Shown here piece by piece: positions 22,530 through 29,273 of a stretch of DNA of 57,367 nucleotides; positions within the stretch are counted from its first letter, which is position 1, and each line of letters opens with the position of its first letter. The stretch lies in contig JACQZM010000067.1 of assembly GCA_016213885.1 (NCBI GenBank), forward strand, positions 1 to 57,367, read 5' to 3'. The translations under genes were made by a program, and so were the position numbers. The notes under the pieces are model-generated. The model was given only the letters and a program-made list of their open reading frames with translations. It was not told the DNA's origin and did no database searches. The stretch comes from Candidatus Rifleibacteriota bacterium. GTDB taxonomy: Bacteria > Muiribacteriota > UBA6191 > JACPRK01 > JACQZM01.

Positions 22530-23381
22530 TCAGCTCCGCGAGAGGATCCAGATCTCTTTCTGGGCGGCGATGCGGGTCGCGGCGCCCCGGCTCAGAAGAT
22601 GCTCCAGCGCCGTGCGGGCGGTGCTCCTGTCCCACGGGAACCAGCGGGCCACCCCCTTCTCGGGAGCCATCACCGCGGCCCTGAGCGCCGCCTGGGCCAG
22701 GCCGGCCCACGACTCCTCGAGGCTCCGGGGCACCAGTCGCGCATCCACGTTCCTGGAGGCGAACCGGTCACAGGTCTCCCAGATGACGCCCTGGCTGTCC
22801 TTGGGATTGGCGGGGTCGTCCCAGGAGACGATGAGGCAGTAGTTCTCCAGCTCCTCCCGGGCCAGCTTGAACGCCTTGCTATCGCCGACCGTGCGGACCC
22901 CCAGCTCCTTCTTGAGCCGGTCCAGTCGCATCGGCCCCTGCCGGTCGAGCACGCCGAGGAACTTGCGTCCCATGGGCGAGAGGAGCTCCGCGTCCCGGCC
23001 CTGACCGCCGAAGTGACGGGCCACCGGGTGCACCTGGGGCCAGAGCTGCCGCACCACCAGCGTGGCCTCCTGCCGGAACAGCTTCAGCTGGATGATGTCG
23101 GCGTCGGCGAGGATGCTCGGCAGCCACCCCTTCAGCACCGTGGCCGGCTCCGTGTAGACCCGCTCCGCGCCGCTGGCCCGCCGACCGATGATAGGGTCCA
23201 CCAGGTTGGGCAGCTCCGTGGCGGCGTTGACGCTGACCATGCCGAGCTCTTGCACCATGACCCGGGCCTGGGCGGCGCCGTGGATCTTCAATTCGGGCCG
23301 TCGCCGGTGGAGTCGGTCCTGTCTCTCCTGCGCCTCGTGGAACGTCTGCGGCACCTCACCATCTCGGATCAGGGTGGCCAT
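22530..23381 (-). CDS. Hypothetical protein, 283 aa
   Basis: Start at ATG 23381-23379 is preceded by GGAGG 5 nt upstream (MATLIRDGEVPQTFHEAQERQ...). The coding bias is good, and I do not recognise a family. Confidence 0.65.
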   Translation of the reverse strand: MATLIRDGEVPQTFHEAQERQDRLHRRRPELKIHGAAQARVMVQELGMVSVNAATELPNLVDPIIGRRASGAERVYTEPATVLKGWLPSILADADIIQLKLFRQEATLVVRQLWPQVHPVARHFGGQGRDAELLSPMGRKFLGVLDRQGPMRLDRLKKELGVRTVGDSKAFKLAREELENYCLIVSWDDPANPKDSQGVIWETCDRFASRNVDARLVPRSLEESWAGLAQAALRAAVMAPEKGVARWFPWDRSTARTALEHLLSRGAATRIAAQKEIWILSRS

Positions 23382-23642
23382 CACATCCTCCGGAGGCGCC
23401 GCGACCGTCTCGCAACAGCATGCGCTGAACAATAGAGGAGCGGTCAGCAGCCCGTCAAGGTCGGATCCGATTCGTGGCCCCACGACAAGATCCAGGCCCG
23501 GGCCGGCACGTTCTGACGTGGGAGGCGATCATTTGCTCCGACCCGGAGCCGCCCTTTTGAACCGACCGGGCCGCTCCCGGGGCCGCCGATGCCGATGGGC
23601 TCCCGGAAAGGTTTCCAGGAACTTTCATGCCCGGTCTTCCGT

Positions 23643-23657
23643 AGTCTAGGCTAGACT
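23643..23657. promoter_or_regulatory. Perfect 7+1+7 palindrome AGTCTAG-G-CTAGACT about 45 nt upstream of the Pup-like ORF (candidate operator)
   Basis: Read directly from the sequence. It lies in the 217-nt gap between the divergent genes starting at 23381 and 23701. Confidence 0.25.
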
Positions 23658-23700
23658 GAACCGTTGGCAGAAGTGAGACTCCAAGGAGGTCTCTCGACCG

Positions 23701-23868
23701 ATGAAGCCCGCACTGAAACCGGTTCCCAGGGATGAGACGGCCCGCTCCGATCCGTCCCCCCGGATCCGGAACCGCTCGAGCCTCTTGCGCCGCAAGATCC
23801 TCAAGGACGCGCGGCAAGCATCCAAGGGGTACATCCTGGCGTTCACCGTGCCCGCTGGCGGAGAGTGA
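23701..23868 (+). CDS. Pup/UBact-like small protein, 55 aa, C-terminus ...PAGGE
   Basis: Not in the ORF track because it is under 60 aa. AAGGAGG at 23683-23689 lies 11 nt before the ATG. By hand count, 46 of 55 codons end in G/C. Product: MKPALKPVPRDETARSDPSPRIRNRSSLLRRKILKDARQASKGYILAFTVPAGGE. Its TGA overlaps the GTG start of the downstream Pup-ligase-family gene (GTGA). Confidence 0.6.
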   Translation: MKPALKPVPRDETARSDPSPRIRNRSSLLRRKILKDARQASKGYILAFTVPAGGE

Positions 23869-24812
23869 CCGAAGGGGCTCGTCTGTCTCCTCGCAAAGGC
23901 GTACTGGGTCTCGAGACCGAGTACGCCTTCGTCTTCACCCCGGAGGTGGGTTCCAGCGCCCCGGTCCAGGAGAGGATCTTCGAGGCGCTCTCCGAGGTTC
24001 TGAAAGGCCAGTGCACCTGTCAGGACGCCGCCTATCGCAAGGGAGGGTTCTTCCTGGCGAACGGCGGCCTTCTTCATTATGAAGCCGAAGCGGACGCTCT
24101 CCATCGGGGGCTCCTGGAGATGGCCACACCGGAGTGCTCCACGGTCCGGGAGGCGCTGGCCCACCACCGGGCCCAGGAGCTCGTCATCGCCAGGCTCCTC
24201 CCGGGCATCCGGGAGCGGCTCACGAAGAGCAGCTTCGCCGGGACCCTGGTGATCGGCAAAGCGTCGTCGGACTACCAGGGACACACGTTCGGCACCCACG
24301 AGAACTACCTGGTGGAGGACCGTCCGGGTCCGGTCCGCCTGGCCGCCCTGGGCCTCTGGATCGTGGTGTTCCAGCTCGTTCGCCTCCCGCTGACCCTCCT
24401 CTACACGGGGCTGACCGTCCTGGCGCTGGTCCTCTTCGGCCTGGTGTTCGCGACCACCATGGCCGTCGCCCTGGGACAGGCGATCCGCCGCCGGCCCACC
24501 GGAGATGAGGCGGTCGAGCCGGCCATGGTCCGGTGGCTCGACCGGGCGATCAAGGGGCTGGTCACCGTGGCCGGCCGCCTCCAGATCCTGGAGCACAGGT
24601 ACCTGCTCCCACCGGCGTCCCGTCTCGTCTCCCCCTTGCTGTTCCACCGGTTCAGGGACGAGCTCGTGACGTTTCTGGTCACCCGGCTGGTGTTCACCGG
24701 ACCGGGCTGGCTCCGGACCGACCGTCCCGGGGAGGGGGCCCGGTTCGTCCTGTCGCCCAAGGCGTCCGCCATCGGCGAGGTCGCTCAGGTGTACTGCGAC
24801 CCGGCGCGATAA
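23865..24812 (+). CDS. Pup-ligase/deamidase family (PafA/Dop-like) protein, N-terminal portion, terminated by an in-frame TAA
   Basis: GLETEYAF, NGGLL...LEMATPEC and GTHENYLV match PafA/Dop landmarks as I recall them ([33 protein letters not shown]). It contains a two-helix hydrophobic insertion at residues about 158-206. Confidence 0.8.
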   Translation: MTEGARLSPRKGVLGLETEYAFVFTPEVGSSAPVQERIFEALSEVLKGQCTCQDAAYRKGGFFLANGGLLHYEAEADALHRGLLEMATPECSTVREALAHHRAQELVIARLLPGIRERLTKSSFAGTLVIGKASSDYQGHTFGTHENYLVEDRPGPVRLAALGLWIVVFQLVRLPLTLLYTGLTVLALVLFGLVFATTMAVALGQAIRRRPTGDEAVEPAMVRWLDRAIKGLVTVAGRLQILEHRYLLPPASRLVSPLLFHRFRDELVTFLVTRLVFTGPGWLRTDRPGEGARFVLSPKASAIGEVAQVYCDPAR

Positions 24813-24902
24813 CCGATCGTCGACCTGAAGAACCTGTTCAGGGGACTCTTCACGCTGCTCTCCCCCAGGAAACGCCTCCACATCGCCTTCTCCGATACGA
24901 AC

Positions 24903-25865
24903 ATGTCGGAGTACGCGACCTGGCTCAAGCTGGCCACCACGCACCTGGTCGTGCGGATGCTCGAGGCGGGCTACCTTCCGGCGGGATGTCGTCTGGACGA
25001 TCCGCTTTCAGCGCTGGACCAGGTCGATCAGGACCTGACGTTCCAGGAGCGGCTGGCGATCCGCGGCGCCCCCGCCCGCACCGCCCTGGAGATCCAGGCC
25101 GCCTTCCTCGACACCGCCCGGCGATACGCCTGCGACCGGGAGCCCGACGACCCCCAGGTCGAGAGGACGCTGGGCGAGTGGGCCCAGGTGCTGGATCTGC
25201 TGGCCCACGACCGGACGGCGCTGGCGGACCGCCTCGACTGGGTGGCCAAGCACGATCTGATGGACGAGGCGGTGGAGCCGGTGGGTTGGGATGCGGTCTC
25301 GAGAGCGCTCGGACCGATCCGCTGGCTGGAGGAGCACAACATCGGCCTGGGTCGGGTGGTCGACCAGCCGGATCAGGTGGGCGGGTTCCTCCAGAAGAGG
25401 CTGGGAGCCGACTTCGCAGCGCTCGCGGAGCGGATGAGGGTCGCCGATCTCGCCTGGGATTCGCTTCCGGCGGTCTACCGGATGTTCTACCAGCTCAAGA
25501 AGATCGACCTCAGGTACCACGAGATCGGGGAGGAGGGCGGTTACTACCTCCAGATGGAGAGGGAGGGCCTGTTCCGGCGGGAGCTCTCGGCCCGGGAGAT
25601 CGAACGGGCGGCGGAGCATCCGCCGGAGCAGACCAGGGCAGCGGCCAGGGGCCACTATATCCTGGAAGCGAACCGGCTCAAGCTCCCGGCCTTGGTCGGC
25701 TGGGACGAGCTGATCGTGCCGTCTCGATTCGCCATCATCTCGATGCCCGATCCGCTCTGCCCGACGCCGCCGGTGGCGCTCGCCGGGTTCGAGTCGGAGA
25801 GCTTCGTCCGGACCGCGCTGCGTCTGGTCTGGTTCATCCCCCGGCTCGTCTCCCGCGGGGCCTAG
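24903..25865 (+). CDS. Pup-ligase/deamidase family protein, C-terminal portion (same frame as 23865-24812; homology starts directly after the TAA at 24813)
   Basis: The sequence upstream of the first ATG, in frame, reads PIVDLKNLFRGLFTLLSPRKRLHIAFSDTN-MSEYATWLKLATTHLVVRMLEAG. This matches the PafA/Dop region RPIINTRDEP...RLHVIVGDSNMSE...LKVGT..LVL.MIE.G. Later, LDWVAKHDL also matches. Confidence 0.8.
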   Translation: MSEYATWLKLATTHLVVRMLEAGYLPAGCRLDDPLSALDQVDQDLTFQERLAIRGAPARTALEIQAAFLDTARRYACDREPDDPQVERTLGEWAQVLDLLAHDRTALADRLDWVAKHDLMDEAVEPVGWDAVSRALGPIRWLEEHNIGLGRVVDQPDQVGGFLQKRLGADFAALAERMRVADLAWDSLPAVYRMFYQLKKIDLRYHEIGEEGGYYLQMEREGLFRRELSAREIERAAEHPPEQTRAAARGHYILEANRLKLPALVGWDELIVPSRFAIISMPDPLCPTPPVALAGFESESFVRTALRLVWFIPRLVSRGA

Positions 25866-25934
25866 CACCACAACGAAAACCCCGGTCCCTCAGGATCTCC
25901 CGTCTGTTTCGCAGGGCTTGGGTGGAGGGGATTC

Positions 25935-26103
25935 ATTTGAAGTCGCGCTCTGGAGAAGGGAAGAGGTGGGGATCCGGATTGAGGTCGCGCTCGGGAGAAG
26001 GGGAGAGGAGGGGAGCCGGATTGAGGTCGCGCTCGGGGGCGCGACTCGGACCCGGCGAGGCGCCGGGTCTTGCGACTCGGATCCGGCGAGGCGCCGGGTC
26101 TTG
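25935..26103. repeat. Mosaic intergenic repeat: about 2.5 tandem copies of a ~43-bp unit (ATTGAGGTCGCGCTCGGG-purine-rich tail) followed by two copies of a ~32-bp hairpin unit
   Basis: Tandem units lie at about 25935-25977, 25978-26019 and 26020-26039. Hairpin units GCGACTCGGACCCGGCGAGGCGCCGGGTCTTG lie at 26041-26072 and 26073-26103, each with a 9-bp stem (GACCCGGCG/CGCCGGGTC) and a 3-nt loop. The same composite recurs at 48647-48762. Confidence 0.85.
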
Positions 26104-26153
26104 GTCCCGACTCCACGTTGCCACCCCGACGAGTGTCCGTGTAGATTGGCCTG

Positions 26154-27083
26154 GTGCGTCTGGCCCACTTCAGCGACATCCACGTCACGGCCCAGCGCCT
26201 CGGCTGGAGGAGCTCCGACTGGTTCAACAAGCGACTCACCGGGTGGGTCAACCTCCGCTACTTCGGTCGAGGGCGGCGCTTCGCCGAGACCGACCGGATC
26301 GTCCAGGCTCTCATGCAAGAGGTCCGGACGAGGAGGCCCGACCACGTGATCTTCTCCGGAGACGCCACGGCCCTGGGCTTCGAGGAGGAGATGACCCGGG
26401 CGAGCCGGCTCGTCATCGACCCGATCCAGCACGGGCCTGGGGGCATGGCCGTGCCCGGCAACCACGACACCTATACCGAGGACGTGGCCGGTCAGGGGTT
26501 CTTCGAGCGCCACTTCGCCCCGTGGCAGATCGGGACCCGCCTGTCGGAGGCGACCTACCCGTTCGCCCAGCGAGTCGGCCCGATCTGGCTGATCGGCGTC
26601 AACTCCAGCACCGGGAACTTCTGGCCATGGGACGCAGCGGGCTCCGTGGGCCCCGAGCAGCTGCAGCGGCTGGAAACGCTCTTGAAGAACCTCGAGCCGG
26701 GCCCGCGCATCCTGGTGATCCACCACCCCATGAGCCTGCCCGACGGCTCTCCGGAGGACCGGTGGCACGGGCTGCGGGACCTCGCGGCGCTGGTCCGGGT
26801 GGCCGCGAACGGCGGCGTGTGCCTGGCGCTCCACGGTCACCACCACCGGGCCTATCACCTGGGTCGCTGTGCCCTGGCCCCGTTCCCGGCGATCTGCGCC
26901 GGCAGCGCGACGGAGAGCCGGAACTGGTCGTACGGCGAGTACGAGATCGTCGGCCGCCTCCTGCGGGCGATCCGCCGCAGGTACAGCCCCGAGACCGGGT
27001 CGTTCGAGGACTGCGAGAGCTTCGAGCTGGAGCTGACGGACAGCGACGGGCCCCCCGGAAGGAGCGATCGGGAGAGGAGGTGA
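26154..27083 (+). CDS. Metallophosphoesterase (calcineurin-like phosphoesterase family)
   Basis: Family motifs present: HFSDIH, SGDATALG, VPGNHDT, LHGHHH. Confidence 0.85.
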   Translation: MRLAHFSDIHVTAQRLGWRSSDWFNKRLTGWVNLRYFGRGRRFAETDRIVQALMQEVRTRRPDHVIFSGDATALGFEEEMTRASRLVIDPIQHGPGGMAVPGNHDTYTEDVAGQGFFERHFAPWQIGTRLSEATYPFAQRVGPIWLIGVNSSTGNFWPWDAAGSVGPEQLQRLETLLKNLEPGPRILVIHHPMSLPDGSPEDRWHGLRDLAALVRVAANGGVCLALHGHHHRAYHLGRCALAPFPAICAGSATESRNWSYGEYEIVGRLLRAIRRRYSPETGSFEDCESFELELTDSDGPPGRSDRERR

Positions 27084-27126
27084 GGGGGACCTTGCCGGCG
27101 ACGGACCTGGGGCTCACCCCGTCCCC

Positions 27127-29232
27127 GTGACGGACGGCCATCGGCAACGAGGTGCTCCGGAGTTCTCCCCGGCGTTCCTCAAGAAGTACACCATCCTGGC
27201 CCCCCTGGGCGCGGGGAGCATGGGCACCGTGTACCTGGCGACGCAGCACCCGCTCCGGCGAGAGGTGGCGGTGAAGATCCTCACCGAGTTCACCGACGAG
27301 GGTCGCGCCCGGTTCGAGCGGGAGTACCGGATCATGGCGTCGTTCAGCCACCCGGCCATCGTCAGGCTGTACGACTTCGGCCAGGACGGAGACCTCCACT
27401 ACCTGGTCTGCGAATACGTGAACGGCGGCACCGTTCGATCGCTGATGGACAGGGGGCCCGTATCGCTCTCCCAGGCTCTCCGGCTCTCCGCGGACCTGGC
27501 CGACGCCCTGGCCTACGCCCACGAGCACGGCGTGATCCACAGGGACGTGAAACCGGCCAACGTCTTCTTGACCGCGACGGCCCAGGTCAAGCTGGCCGAC
27601 TTCGGTCTGGCCCGGCCGGTGGCGCGAGGCGGGACGTTGACGCAGAGCAGCATGGGGGTGGGCTCCCCGCTCTACATGGCCCCGGAGCTCGTGGTGGGAG
27701 AACGGGCCACCGCCCAGGCCGACCAGTACTCGCTGGGCGTGATGATGTACCAGCTCATCGCCGGACGGTCCCCGTTCGCGGGGGCGGACCACGTCAGGCT
27801 CCTGTTCGCCAAGGTCGAATCGACGGCTCCGGCGCTGGCCGACATGTGTCCCGGCGTTCCGGCCCAGGTCGACGAGATCGTGAACCGGGCCCTGGCCAGG
27901 GACCCGGAGGCCCGCTTCCCGTCCATGGCGGAGCTCGCCCTGAGGCTCGGGGTCGCGGCAGGATCGCTCCAGCCCGCGGCCAGAAGAGAGCGGCCGCCCG
28001 CCGAGAACCGGACCGATCCAGCGTCTTGCTCCGGCCAGCCGGCTACGAAGGCCAGCGGCCCGTCGGCCAGCGGGCCGCGAGCCACCTCGCGCACACGCTC
28101 GCACAGCCGGCTCGTCGGGATCTGTCTGGCCGTGGCGGCCATGGTGGTCGCCAGCCGGCTCCTGTGGCCTCCCGCCGGGCCAAAGACCCAAAGCGGCGGT
28201 CGATCGCCCCGATCGGGATCACCGTCGGCCAGCGATCGGCCCGGCGACCTGTCCGCCCGGCTGGCGGCGCAGAGCCAGAAGCTGGACCAGGACTGTCTCG
28301 CCTTCCAGCGGGACAAGAGGGCCCGGATGAAGCGGGTCTACACCGACAGGGTCCTGCAGGTCCACATGTCGTCGTCCGCCCCGTTCGACGTGGCCCAGCT
28401 GAACAGGCTGCTGATGATGCTCTCGCAGCTCATCCGCGCCGCCGACGCCGCCGAGGGTGGCCCGCTCTGGCTGGAGATCGAGGCGGCCGGCGGCTCCGTG
28501 CTCAGAGAGGCGTTCGCCTGCCAGTTCGCCCTGGACGGCAAGCAGAAGGCGACCCTGAGAAAGCACCTGGATGGAATCGCCGAGGCGGCGGCCTACAAGG
28601 GGTTGAACCCGTATCGCCTCTGCCTGGCCAAGGCGCTCCTCGCCACGATCCGCACCGGCGAAGTGGGCTCCTACCAGCGGAGGAGGGACCAGGCGCGGGA
28701 GCTGATCGCCGCCTCCCGGCTGCTGGACGCCGTTCCCTGGACGGCCCAGGTGGTGGCCAGACGGGTCGTCATGCTCTCCAGGGCAGCCAAGCTGTGGGAC
28801 TCCGCCCAGGACACGGCGGGCTTTCTCGAGAAGAAGGTCGAGCCCAGGGAAGACCTGGCCAGGGCCGCGCGCGAGAGAGTGGTCGAGCTGGCCAGGCCGC
28901 TCCTCTCCGTGGAAGACCCGGTGGCCAAGGGACAGGCCTGGAAGATGGCGGTGCTGAGCGTGTTCCACGATTGCGCCAGGCTGCTGATCGCATCCGGCGC
29001 GGACAGGTCCGCCCGCGAGGCAGCGCTCTCCGATCTGATGGTGCTGTCGTGGTTCAAGCTGCGGCAGGAGCGGATAGACCCGCTGGAGGTGGAGACCATC
29101 GTCGCGGATCTCGATGAGCTCCTGAAGATCGAGAAGGAGATGGGCACCCGGCTCGGGCGGATCGACCTCGAGGCGGAGAGACGACGGCTTGCGACGATGC
29201 CGGCCGGCGGTGGCGGCGCCGGGCCCCGTTGA
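27127..29232 (+). CDS. Hanks-type Ser/Thr protein kinase with one TM helix and a helical C-terminal domain
   Basis: GTG start. Motifs: GAGSMGTVY, AVKIL, HRDVKPANVFL, DFGLARP, GSPLYMAPE. The TM helix is LVGICLAVAAMVVASRLL. Confidence 0.9.
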   Translation: MTDGHRQRGAPEFSPAFLKKYTILAPLGAGSMGTVYLATQHPLRREVAVKILTEFTDEGRARFEREYRIMASFSHPAIVRLYDFGQDGDLHYLVCEYVNGGTVRSLMDRGPVSLSQALRLSADLADALAYAHEHGVIHRDVKPANVFLTATAQVKLADFGLARPVARGGTLTQSSMGVGSPLYMAPELVVGERATAQADQYSLGVMMYQLIAGRSPFAGADHVRLLFAKVESTAPALADMCPGVPAQVDEIVNRALARDPEARFPSMAELALRLGVAAGSLQPAARRERPPAENRTDPASCSGQPATKASGPSASGPRATSRTRSHSRLVGICLAVAAMVVASRLLWPPAGPKTQSGGRSPRSGSPSASDRPGDLSARLAAQSQKLDQDCLAFQRDKRARMKRVYTDRVLQVHMSSSAPFDVAQLNRLLMMLSQLIRAADAAEGGPLWLEIEAAGGSVLREAFACQFALDGKQKATLRKHLDGIAEAAAYKGLNPYRLCLAKALLATIRTGEVGSYQRRRDQARELIAASRLLDAVPWTAQVVARRVVMLSRAAKLWDSAQDTAGFLEKKVEPREDLARAARERVVELARPLLSVEDPVAKGQAWKMAVLSVFHDCARLLIASGADRSAREAALSDLMVLSWFKLRQERIDPLEVETIVADLDELLKIEKEMGTRLGRIDLEAERRRLATMPAGGGGAGPR

Positions 29233-29273
29233 ATCCACGACCGTGGTGGATGTACCGTTCTTGTTGAAAGCTC

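Noticed and set aside
23732-24082. 116-aa plus-strand ORF overlapping the Pup-like ORF and the ligase start in another frame
   Set aside because: It has an Arg/Ser/Gly-rich translation and competes with two frames that have family-level similarity and proper ribosome-binding sites.
25935-26103. Possible CRISPR array, because of regularly spaced direct repeats
   Set aside because: The sequences between the conserved cores are themselves repeated, so there are no unique spacers. The period is only about 43 bp and there are only 2-3 units. The same composite recurs at 48647-48762. No cas genes are present.
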